Source: an uncultured Gammaproteobacteria bacterium (GTDB lineage Bacteria > Pseudomonadota > Gammaproteobacteria > UBA9214). From it: a stretch of 64,000 nt of DNA. The number at the start of each line of letters is the position of its first letter. Positions within the stretch are counted from its first letter, which is position 1. Below the pieces are notes generated by a model. It saw only the letters and a program-made list of their open reading frames with translations, made no database searches and was not told where the DNA came from. This document shows positions 45,775-56,975 of the stretch, in pieces. The stretch is taken from positions 256,001 to 320,000 of the forward strand of contig CAVVHS010000008.1 of the NCBI GenBank assembly GCA_963748215.1. The letters are read 5' to 3'. Both the position numbers and the translations under genes were made by a program.

Positions 45775-46253
45775 GTCCGCTTTCGGACATTCACCAACCC
45801 GAAGGGTTGTAGCGCATGTCCTTGCTTCCCAATGGACTTGCCACAGGACCTGGCTGTGAGTTTTTGAAGTTATCAGACGGGGCTGATTGTGGTGTAGGAA
45901 AAGGCTGGCAGAAATATCCCCGTAAAATTGAAGACGACCACTACCGCTATGACTAATCAGTAAAATAAAAGGTGGGCTCGACATTTCATGGCGTTGCGAC
46001 AATTAATCTTCGGGTAAATGGGAAGCGGTCTACTGCCATTGCCCTAAGCAGGAATCCCCCCTACCCCCTTCGTCAAGCAAGCGTGAGCGAGGGGAAAAAC
46101 CCTGCATACTAGACATCTGATGAAGGCGCCCCTCTTGGCATGGGACTTTTGTGAATATACGAGGGGAAATTACATCGAGACACAGAAATGCTAGCCCATA
46201 TGCTAGCCAGAATCGATTGCACAGTATGATTTCGTTATAACTATATGATTCAG

Positions 46254-46329
46254 TGGAGCCGGCGACAGGAGTCGAACCCGCGACATCTTCATTACAAGTG
46301 AAGCGCTCTACCAACTGAGCTACGCCGGC
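46254..46329 (-). tRNA. tRNA-Thr (TGT)
   Basis: GCCGGCGTAGCTCAGTTGGTAGAGCG...CTTGTAA...GGTTCGACTCC...CCA, 76-nt cloverleaf. Confidence 0.97.
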
Positions 46330-46389
46330 ATCTTGGCCATCAGGACAAGGCGCCCTATTCTATTGAATTGCCGGTTTACCTGCAATTAA

Positions 46390-47061
46390 TCAGCCTGTCA
46401 CAGGCAGGCAAGCGCGCAGCTGCAGATCCGGGTTCTCTTCGAGCACATCGTCCAGCACCGGCGCGGCCGCGGCCCGACCCTGGAATTCCAGCCAGTAGGC
46501 GTCCAGCGTGATATAGCGCGTCTCGAGGATTGCATTCAGCCCCAGCTGCCGCACCTGTGACAGGCGGATCTCGGCGCGCGAGATGTCCTTGAATGTGCCA
46601 AGGGACATGAAATTATCCTTGCCGATGTAATATTCGTGGTCATTCCGCTCATCCAGCATTTTCGCGATCTGCAGGGCCTCCCCGCGTTCCATCGCCGGCA
46701 GATAAATCCAGTAGCCACTCTCCTTCCTGTCCTCGGCGATGCGCTGTCTTGGCTCCAGACCGAGTTTGCCCGCCACTGCGTGCAGCGCCTCCTCCGCGTA
46801 GAACGGCCCCAGCACCTGGCATGCAGCCGGCATGCCCGCGCCCGGTGGCTGCGACAGGGTCAGTGTGTCGATGCCTGACATTTCCTGTTCCGGCGCCGTC
46901 GCGGACTGTTGTTTCAGTTCCTGCAGGGTCACGAGCGGCTTGGCGGTGGCCGGCAGCGGCGGCAATTCGCGCGCCGTTTCGCCCGCCGTCCCGCTACTGA
47001 ACAGGTTCCAGCCGAAGTAGGCCAGGTTGGCGACAAGCAAGAAGTAGACAAGGTGGCGCAT
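46390..47061 (-). CDS. SPOR-domain protein, copy A
   Basis: LLVANLAYFGW anchor, C..LGPF, YWIYLP, SLGTF; paralog of 59577-60242. Confidence 0.8.
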   Translation of the reverse strand: MRHLVYFLLVANLAYFGWNLFSSGTAGETARELPPLPATAKPLVTLQELKQQSATAPEQEMSGIDTLTLSQPPGAGMPAACQVLGPFYAEEALHAVAGKLGLEPRQRIAEDRKESGYWIYLPAMERGEALQIAKMLDERNDHEYYIGKDNFMSLGTFKDISRAEIRLSQVRQLGLNAILETRYITLDAYWLEFQGRAAAAPVLDDVLEENPDLQLRACLPVTG

Positions 47062-48995
47062 CAGTGTTCTCCGGCGAGTATGGCGATTCCTTTCAGGACC
47101 ATGTCTGCATCGTATCTGGCGACAAGCCCGAGCAGCGGCACCAGCCGCTGCGCATCGCCGCCGGTAATCACGACCGCGGGCTGCAAGCCCGTACTGGCGG
47201 CCATGTCAGTTGCGATGCGCTCGATTGCCGCTGCCGCTGCATACAGGCTGCCGCGGCTGATCGCCCCGGAAGTCGTGGTCGCCAGTGATACAGGCGCCGG
47301 CTCGTCGTGCGGAAGCGGCAGGTCTGCGGTATGTGCACATAACGCCTGCTGCATCATCGTCACGCCGGCGAGGATCAGGCCACCGCGGTGCACGCCGCCC
47401 GCATCGACCAGGTCCAGGGTGATGGCGGTACCGCAATCCACCACGCACACCACATCACCGGTAGCCTGCCAGGCTGCGATCATCGCCGCCCAGCGATCGG
47501 CGCCGAGCAGTGCGGGCTGCGCATAGGCATTGGTCACCCCGGCGGCCTGCCGGCCGGCACGGATGAAGTGCGGACGCACCTGCCAGGACCGCTCGACCCA
47601 GGCGCCCGGCCAGTGCGTCACCGGCAACATTGGACACCAGGACACGCCCGGGCGCCGCCAGCCTCCCCCAGGCCTGCTCCAGTTGCCTGACCAGGTCGCT
47701 GCCACGATGCACAAATTGTCCACGCCTTTCGAGTTGCTGTCCGCTGGCCAGTGCCCAGTTGACGGATGTGTTGCCAATACGACATCACCCCGTCTTGAGT
47801 AGCAGTCATGTTTAGAGTCCGGATGCTACTGTAGCCGATTTCCTGGCCATTGTCTGGTGTAGGCGGCAGATGTCAGTCCCCCCAACGCGTTCTTCGCGTC
47901 TCTCCTCGTTGTATTCACACCGCCAGGCTTCGATGATGATCTGGCCATGAGCCAGGTTCAGGAACCAGTGCTCATTCAGGCATTCGTCGCGCAGCCGCCC
48001 GTTGAATGACTCGATGTAGGCATTCTGGTTCGGCTTGCCCGGCTCGATCAGAGTGAGCTTCACCTGGCGGGTATGCGCCCAGGTCAGCATGGCGCGTCCG
48101 CAGAACTCCTTGCCATTGTCGGTGCGGATCACCCGCGGCAGGCTGCGGCTGACAGACAGTCCGTCGAGAATCCGCGTGAGCATCAGATCACCGATGGCCC
48201 GTTCCGGCACGACCGCGACCGATTCGTGCGTGGCATCATCGACGATCGTCAGGCACTTGATGAACCGCCCCTCGGCGCTGCGATCGAACGCGAAGTCCAT
48301 GGACCAGACCTCGTTGGCGGCGTCGGGACGCACCAGGGGCTGGCGCTCGCCACCGGCACCTTCTTGCGCTTGAGCCGTTGCACTTGCAGACGGGCTTCCG
48401 TGTAGAGCCGCTCGACACGCTTGTGGTTGACCACCAGGCCCCGCTGGCGCAGCTTGAGGTAAATCATGCCGTCTCCGTAGCGCCGGTGCCGGTGGGCGAG
48501 CGCCACGATCGTCTCCCGCAGGACTGCGTTGCGGTCCGGGGCCGGCTGGTAGCGCAAACTGCTCGCGCTCATGCCGCGCATGACGCTCTGAGAGGCCCCG
48601 AGCCATCATCCTCCGCACCACCTCGCGACGGGCCAGCGCGGTCACCACTTTTTTCGCAGCACCTCGCGGGTCGCCTCCTGTTCCAGTATCGCCTCGGCCA
48701 GCAGCTTCTTGAGACGGGCATTCTCCGCTTCCAGAGCCTTCAGCCGTTTGGCGTCCGACATGCCCATGCCACCGTACTTGCCGCGCCAGAGGTAGTAACT
48801 GCCCTCCGAGAACCCGTGCGACCGACACAGGTCCTTGACGGATACCCCGGTGTCCGCTTCGCGCAAAAACCCGATGATCTGCTCGTCTGAATACCGATTC
48901 TTCATGTCCAATCTCCTTCCGGTTATGGGATTGGACTCTAAATCATCATGCTACTCAAATAGGGGGTGACGTCGAATATCCACCAGCAGGTTCAT
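47061..48995 (-). pseudogene. coaX: Type III pantothenate kinase copy A, interrupted by IS3 and frameshifted
   Basis: MNLLVDI at 48995, IS insertion, then GNTSVNWA...LGADRW...VVDCGTAIT...TGGDA. Confidence 0.85.
47780..48974 (-). mobile_element. IS3-family (IS407-group-like) element, degenerate orfB
   Basis: ~40-bp inverted ends, AATA target duplication, orfA MKNRYSDEQII (48642-48905), A6G slippery site, orfB WSMDF/TDNGKEF/IESFNGRLRDE. Confidence 0.9.
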
Positions 48996-49107
48996 GTCGC
49001 CATTCGCACGCTGACCTCGCCGGATGTGAAACGCCTGCGCCCGCCATCCGTATCCACCAGCAGCGCACCGCCCGCATCGGTGCCGCGGGCGGTACCGCGC
49101 ACGACCG
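48992..49107 (-). pseudogene. birA: 3' fragment of birA (copy A)
   Basis: [33 protein letters not shown] matches the C-terminus of 60982-61962. Confidence 0.85.
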
Positions 49108-49239
49108 CACTCCGCTATTTCCGGAGACGGTTTCAAGACACTGGCAGAAGGACAGAGTGTAAAATTCGATGTCGAGCAGGGTCCGAAGGGCCTGCAGGCG
49201 AGCAACGTCACGGTCGCCTTACCCGTAATTCAGCAGTAA
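49108..49239 (+). pseudogene. cspA: 3' fragment of cspA (stop lost), with terminator copy at 49244-49275
   Basis: Near-identical to 35383-35495 plus the downstream hairpin. Confidence 0.88.
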
Positions 49240-49786
49240 CAGGGGAACCCCGCTTGACAGCGGGGTTCTTTTTTTGGGCAGTGCAGAACCCTGCAGGTCA
49301 GGCGGACAGACCCGGCGCAGTGTTCAGGCGGCAACCATGAAACGCAATCCCCGTGCCTGCCCCTGCATTACGGGCCGGTCAACTGAGTCAGGGCCCGCAT
49401 CGTTTGACAATAGAATTCTCTGCAGTCCCATACTCCCTTTTGCATCTTCTGCCACGCTGCCTGGCAACTCAGAGGTGACTCATGAAACTCACGCAGCGCA
49501 CAATCGGCGCGGCTGTCTATGCCGGTAACAATAATGCACTGCACGTCCTGTGGGATGACGTCAACTCGGGATTAGGCTGTAGGATACATCTGAGCAGGAA
49601 AAATTCCTTCGCATAACACCGTCAAGCCTTACATGCGGGGTGAGGCGGTCATGCTGCCGGCAGCACGGGACCTGAGCCACAGGCGACCGGGTAAAAGCAG
49701 CCGAGCTGGCCGAGGCGGCGGCCCGGGAAACACTAACCTGATAGCGATTGCCGGGGAATCGCCGGGCACAAAACCTGACTTAAAGT

Positions 49787-49936
49787 CCGTTGGAGTCGAT
49801 CGTCAGGGAGATCCGGTGCCGTGCCCGCGTTATTGATGCATTTACGGCCAGGCAATCGGCTGTGATGCTGTGGTCTGCATGGGTGCGAGACATGGCCTCG
49901 ACACACCGGCGGACGCGGTTTTTTCTGCACCTGTAA
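49787..49936 (+). pseudogene. Decayed IS256-family transposase C-terminal remnant
   Basis: PLESIVREIRCRARVIDAF...QSAVML..A.VR resembles the IS256 C-terminal motif; frameshifted. Confidence 0.5.
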
Positions 49937-50185
49937 CCGTTGTATAAACGGGCATTGGATCCAGCCATACAGACTCCCGCGTTCCGCGATGGTCCGGCGC
50001 ACTTCTGACCGATACACATATTGGCCTGCGCCTCTTGCTTCCGTATACTGAGCGCCATGGCAAGTGCCGTCGTGCGCGACGCTAAAGCCCTACAACCGGC
50101 AGAAAAGCAGTGACCGTATGCATACTGAATCAGGTCCTGTGCCGTGTGGCGCCGGCATGTGCCCGGTCCGATGCAGGTCGATAAT

Positions 50186-52456
50186 ATGCGAAGCGATGAG
50201 AAACCCAGAAACGGCCTAGCAGGACTCAAACACTGGCGCTATGATCTGGGCGCCGGACTGCAGGTCGCGCTGGTATCCATGCCGCTCTCGCTGGGTATCG
50301 CGGTGGCCTCAGGTGCGCCACCCATCACCGGCATCATCTCCGCCATCATTGCCGGCCTGATCTTTCCATTTCTCGGTGGTGCGTATGTCACCATTAGCGG
50401 CCCTGCGGCTGGCCTTGCGCCGGCACTCCTCGCCGGCATGCTGGTGCTGGGCAATGGCGACCTTGCCGCCGGCTATCCGCTGCTACTGGTCGCCATCTGC
50501 CTCACCGGCGCGGTGCAGATCGTTTTGAGCCTGATCAATGCGGGCCGTTTCGCCATCTTTCTGCCGGTGACCGTGGTGGAGGCGATGCTCGCCGCGATCG
50601 GCATCATGATCATCGTCAAGCAAATCCCGCCCCTGCTCGGTGATCTTGCACCACTGAGCAAGGATATGTTCACCGCCATTCTCAAGCTGCCTGAAAGCAT
50701 GGCACGAATCGAGTGGCCGGTGTTTCTAATTGGTGCCTTCTGCTTGTTCCTGATGTTCTATCTAAACCACACTCGCCTGGCCTGGGCGAAGCGGCTGCCA
50801 CCTGCGCTCGCCGTAGCCGTGATCGGCATCCTGCTCGGTTATGTCTTCAACCTGGACGCCAGGCATCTGATCAGCATGCCTGACGACATTCTCAAAGGCG
50901 GTATAACCCTGCCTGCCTTCGACGATATCTGGCAAAGCCCGGATCTCTGGGGCAGTGTCATCATCGTCGTTATCACGCTAACGCTTATTGACGGCATCGA
51001 ATCGCTGGCTACCATTGCTGCGGTCGACAAGATCGACCCTTTCCAGCGCAAATCGCAGGCCAACACCACTTTGCGCGCGATGGGTGTGTCGAATATGCTG
51101 TCCAGCATCTTCGGAGGCCTGACGATCATCCCCGGCGGTGTCAAGAGCCGCGTCAACATCGATGCCGGTGGCCGTACTCTGTGGGCAAATTTCTATAACG
51201 CTTTCTTTCTGGTCATCTTCCTGTTCCTGGCCAAAGACCTGATCAGCCGTATACCGCTGGCAGCCATCGGCGCCATTCTGGTATATGTCGGTTGGCGGCT
51301 GTGCGAATACCGTGTGTTCCAGAAGACTTACGCCATCGGCCGCGACCAGATCGTAATCTTTGTGATCACCGTTGCCGCGATTCTCGCGACTGATCTTCTA
51401 TTCGGCATCCTCATCGGAATCGCCGCCGAGATCACCATGCTCGCATATCTGCTGAGCCCCTCGTTCCGCACCGTGCTCACCGGGCGGCTCACATACAGTC
51501 AGGCCACTACCTTGGTGTTGCGTAATTTGATTAGTCTGTTCCGCAGCCCTGTCATCAAGGTGAAGCTTGAAGAGCTCAGCGGCCAGCCGCATTACAATAT
51601 TACCCTGGGATCGGTGGTGTGCTTCAACCTGCTGCCACTCGACAGGCTTCTGCAGTCGTTGCCACAGGGCGCGGCGATAACGCTCGCAGCCAGCGAATCC
51701 GGACATCTCATCGATCACACCGCCATGGAGTATCTGCACAACTTTCAGGAAGAGTGTTTGCTCGAAGGCCGGGAATTCCGTCTCACGGGCATGGAGAACT
51801 ATTACCAGTTTACCCTGCACACGTTGTCCGCACGCATGCACGACGCCAAACTGGTGCGGGAAAGGGCGCGCATGTCTGACCGCTCACGGATGCTGGAAGG
51901 AATCTCTGCCCACCACGGCCTTGATTTTCACGATGAGGTCGTCGGCACCTTGAACCTGCACGATTTTGTCTATCTGCGCCGTGGTGACATGCGTCAGGAA
52001 TGCAATGTCATGACCGGCCTGTATGCCAGCTGTCATGTGAAGCTGTTCGATTACAGCCATACCGCCGCGCCAGATTATTACGCCGAGCATCGGCATACGC
52101 TCATTATCGTAAGGCCGCAAGACGAACTGGTGGAGATGCCTGATCTGGTGGTCACGCCGGGTCATTATCTGCAGCGCTATCTGGTTGAGTTCGAAGAGAT
52201 CGACACACCAGCGCTCACCGCCGCCAGTCACGAACACCGCTGGTACCGGCGCCCGCAGGGTATCGACCCGGAAGGTTTGATCAAGAAGCTGCTGATACTG
52301 CTGGAGAACTATCCAGGCATCTACATCGAGATTCGCGACAATGCACTGCTTGCCTTTCATCCCGGCCGCGAACTGGAGAGCGAGGACGGCATCGCAAGCC
52401 TGCTTGGCATCGCCAAACTGCTATTTGCGACTCGCGACGGCGTTGTACCGACCTAG
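50186..52456 (+). CDS. SulP/SLC26 anion transporter with STAS-like region and extra C-terminal domain
   Basis: AG..VALV.MPLSLGIA.ASG, SGPAAGL, IESL, IPLAA. Confidence 0.88.
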   Translation: MRSDEKPRNGLAGLKHWRYDLGAGLQVALVSMPLSLGIAVASGAPPITGIISAIIAGLIFPFLGGAYVTISGPAAGLAPALLAGMLVLGNGDLAAGYPLLLVAICLTGAVQIVLSLINAGRFAIFLPVTVVEAMLAAIGIMIIVKQIPPLLGDLAPLSKDMFTAILKLPESMARIEWPVFLIGAFCLFLMFYLNHTRLAWAKRLPPALAVAVIGILLGYVFNLDARHLISMPDDILKGGITLPAFDDIWQSPDLWGSVIIVVITLTLIDGIESLATIAAVDKIDPFQRKSQANTTLRAMGVSNMLSSIFGGLTIIPGGVKSRVNIDAGGRTLWANFYNAFFLVIFLFLAKDLISRIPLAAIGAILVYVGWRLCEYRVFQKTYAIGRDQIVIFVITVAAILATDLLFGILIGIAAEITMLAYLLSPSFRTVLTGRLTYSQATTLVLRNLISLFRSPVIKVKLEELSGQPHYNITLGSVVCFNLLPLDRLLQSLPQGAAITLAASESGHLIDHTAMEYLHNFQEECLLEGREFRLTGMENYYQFTLHTLSARMHDAKLVRERARMSDRSRMLEGISAHHGLDFHDEVVGTLNLHDFVYLRRGDMRQECNVMTGLYASCHVKLFDYSHTAAPDYYAEHRHTLIIVRPQDELVEMPDLVVTPGHYLQRYLVEFEEIDTPALTAASHEHRWYRRPQGIDPEGLIKKLLILLENYPGIYIEIRDNALLAFHPGRELESEDGIASLLGIAKLLFATRDGVVPT

Positions 52457-53214
52457 GCGTATGCGAATCGACGGCAGTGCGAGCGAGGATATGCAGAGTT
52501 ACAGCGTCAAACCAGCGTATGACAGAGGAAACTGCTCGCGGAGACGCGCAACATTATCACTGACGACATGATTGCGTATGACGGAAATACGCGATGCGTG
52601 CTGACCGGCGCGCGTGCAGAGACCCGGGCAATCGTCAGGACACCGATTTTTCTTCGATTCTCGACCGAATGCATGGCGCCTGAACGTCCTTGCTTCGGAT
52701 CACGCCAGTCAATGTCGGGCGGCCTGCCACCGGCCAGCATCACTGTCACTTTACGCGCAAGCTCCGGATATTTGTTTCGATTCCGCGCAACGCTTCACTG
52801 ATGGGCTCATGCAGATCGATCAACATCGACAGCAAGAGATCACGCACCATGCACGCGCAGTAGATTCATAATAAGCGCCCGTTTCCGCCCTCACGAGGCG
52901 TGGATGGATTCCAGGCGGTACGCTGCAGCCGACCCATTGCACATCCTCATTTTTGCGCAAGACAGGCAGGCAGCAGATGAGCGTCACACATTCAGTACAC
53001 GGCCAATTGACGAATGCAGGCCCGAGAGGTCGTTGGCGAACGGATAGTCCGGATGATTCCGGCTGGTACTGGCTTTCAGACAGCGCAACCAAGCACGACA
53101 CATAGCGAGGAGGAAGTACTCGTGCATGGCCATGCCAGGAATCTTGAGACAATGTCATCCGCACCCGGGGACAGGTGTCGCCAAAGATGGAACCAACTGT
53201 TCTCTGTGCACGGT

Positions 53215-54587
<1,373 letters not shown>

Positions 54588-54591
<4 letters not shown>

Positions 54592-56066
54592 GCTTCCTCA
54601 TGTTCGCGTACCGGCACTTCCTGCAATGGAAGCCAGATCGTGAATCGGGCGCCACCTTCGGGCCGGTTGTCAACCGCGATACAGCCCTGGTGTTCATTGA
54701 TGATCTCTTCCACCAGATACAGGCCCAGTCCAGTGCCTTCGCCGCCGGACTGGGTGGTGAAGAATGGATCGAAAAGTTTCGGCAGGTTGTCCGGCGGGAT
54801 GCCGGGGCCGTCGTCGTCGACCTGCATCAGCAGGATATGCGTGAACTGGGCGATGCCTGTAGTGTCACCGGCAAGATGGTTGGTATTGACCGGCTTCGAT
54901 TCCTTCCAGGTGGTCTCCCTGCCGGTGATCCAGACATTTTTCGCGCCGGCATGCGCGGAATTCCTTATCAGGTTGATGATCACCTGCTGCATGCGGTCGC
55001 GGTCCACCATCAGCATACTCTCGGAGATATCCTCGATGTGCAGGAAGATGTCATGCGGCAGCAGGCGGTGAATCAGCAGCACCGCCGACCGCACCAGGCT
55101 CGCGGCCCCCAGCAGCTGCATGTCGTGCGTGGGCTGGCGCACGGTATCGAGCAGGCGCCGGACGATGCGGCGCGCGCGTTCCGTCTCGCCGTCAATGTGC
55201 GACAGCCACTGCTTGCACAGGTTCTCGCGCGCGCGGCCGTCTTCCTCCAGCAATAACTGCACCGATGTGGATATGTTCGACAGCGGGTTATTCAGCTCAT
55301 GGGCCACGCCGGACACCAGCACGCCAAGCGCGGCGGCCCGCTCGTGGCGACGCAGCAGGTTCTGCTGGTTGCGCAGCTGTTCGAGCATGCTATTGAAGTG
55401 AAACACGAAGGAGGCGATTTCCTTGTCGCTGGACGGCAGTGCCAGTGTCTGCACCCGGCCTTCGGCAAGCTGGTCGAGCTGGTTTTCGAGCTGGGCCAGC
55501 GGTCGCACGACACGCCGTACCATGAACATGGCACTGATCAGCCCGATCATGATCACGGTGACGGAGGCAACCATCAGCGTCCGCGCCGCCACTCGCGTGG
55601 TATCGGTGAGGATGTCGCGCTGGCGCTGATTGAGACCCTGGGTCAGCAGCGAGAGCTGGTGCCCTGTGGCGCGGATATTTTCCTGGCTGGCGGTACGCTC
55701 AGCCCTGGATAGCAAGTTATAGGCCTCAAGCTGATCGCTGTATTTCTGCAGCGCCGAGCCTATCCGGCGCAGTTCCTCCTGTCCGGCAATGACCGCGAAG
55801 GCGCGCTCGCCGGTGGCCAGGGCGTTCTTTGCGACATCCAGCTGCATCTTGAGCTGGTTCAGGTGGTGCGGGTCCTGGTAGAGAAACAGGTTCTTCTCGA
55901 CGCGGCGAATCTCCTGGGTGGCCAAGTACAGGTCGCTGACCGCCACGCCCTCTGTGATGTGAGTCTGCAGGTAGTGCAGGTCGGCAATGACCACGGCGAC
56001 GAAAATCACCAAGGCAGCCTTAGAGAGCCCGTAGGAGGCCAGGATTTTGCTGCGCAGGCTGGTCAT
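54588..56066 (-). CDS. Membrane sensor histidine kinase (HAMP, HisKA, HATPase)
   Basis: Two TMs, AHELNNPL, DDGPGI, FDPFFTT, GTGLGL. Confidence 0.93.
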
Positions 56067-56098
56067 GGCAGGGTGACCCTCCCCGGCTGGTTTCAAGG

Positions 56099-56237
56099 TG
56101 TTGCATATTACAACACCGTTGCAGTGATGCGATACGGCTTTTGGTGCTGGTGTTACATTCTGAAACAGCCGGCCGCAATGGTTAAAGTTTAACTACATGA
56201 ATTCATTATATTTATAAAGTTGGCACGCTACCTGCAT
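56099..56237 (+). promoter_or_regulatory. Sigma-54 promoter with upstream enhancer palindromes
   Basis: TGGCAC-GCTAC-CTGCA at 56221-56236; TGTTGCATATTACAACA (56099) and TGTTACATTCTGAAACA (56151); AT-rich tract in between. Confidence 0.75.
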
Positions 56238-56269
56238 TGTATCCAGCATTCTTGATTGAGGAGCCGACG

Positions 56270-56866
56270 ATGAAAAAACTGACCGAAAACCTGAAACAGA
56301 TGCTGGATGCCCTGGCCCATGCACACGCCGGTGAATACCTGACCCAGCGCGAGAAAACGCGGATCCTGGCACAGACGTCTGGCGAAATCGCACAAGTGCC
56401 GGCAGTAGCCGAACCGGTCGCGAAGCGCAAGGGCAGCACCGCGCGTCGCATTGCGCTCTACCTGGGCAACGAGCTGCCGCCGGAGGTCATGGACTATGTC
56501 ATCCAGACCTGCGCCCGCGTACAGCACGAACTGACGGTATTGACCTTCGAAACCGAGAACTGCGCGCGCGCCCTGCTCGAGCCGCACCGGAAAGCCCTCG
56601 AGGCCGCCGGCGTCGACATGAAGCTCGAGGTACTCAGCAGCGAACAGCCCATCGCCGGCCTGAAACGCTACCTGCGCAGCCATCCGGAAGTTGCCTTCCT
56701 GGCCTGCAAGGACACCGGCTACCTGGGTCGCAGCTACCTGAGTGGTACCAGGGATCAGAACTCGCTACCGGTTCCGGTCGTGGTGGTGACGACGCAGGCC
56801 CAGGCCAACCACGAGGCGGTTCACCCCGCCACCGATCAGAACCGTTCCAGCAGCGTCGTCGCCTGA
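56270..56866 (+). CDS. Conserved hypothetical protein (possibly USP-like)
   Basis: GAGGAG RBS, host-like codon usage, C-terminal LPVPVVVV; first gene after the sigma-54 promoter. Confidence 0.7.
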   Translation: MKKLTENLKQMLDALAHAHAGEYLTQREKTRILAQTSGEIAQVPAVAEPVAKRKGSTARRIALYLGNELPPEVMDYVIQTCARVQHELTVLTFETENCARALLEPHRKALEAAGVDMKLEVLSSEQPIAGLKRYLRSHPEVAFLACKDTGYLGRSYLSGTRDQNSLPVPVVVVTTQAQANHEAVHPATDQNRSSSVVA

Positions 56867-56975
56867 CCCCCCAGAACAGATCCCCGTACAGATCTGTTCG
56901 CAACGAGGCCGGCACAGCGGCAGTAAGCTGCTGCTTGCCGGCCTTTTCGGGTGTTAATTTGTTTATAATGCAGGT

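Larger units (their letters stand above)
37653..46299. mobile_element. Genomic island (~8.6 kb) in tRNA-Thr(TGT), no integrase visible
   Basis: Direct att repeats, AT-richer sequence, IS and cassette-like cargo. Confidence 0.88.

Noticed and set aside
52460-53200. Possible gene remnants between SulP and the response regulator
   Set aside because: No frame gives a recognisable family
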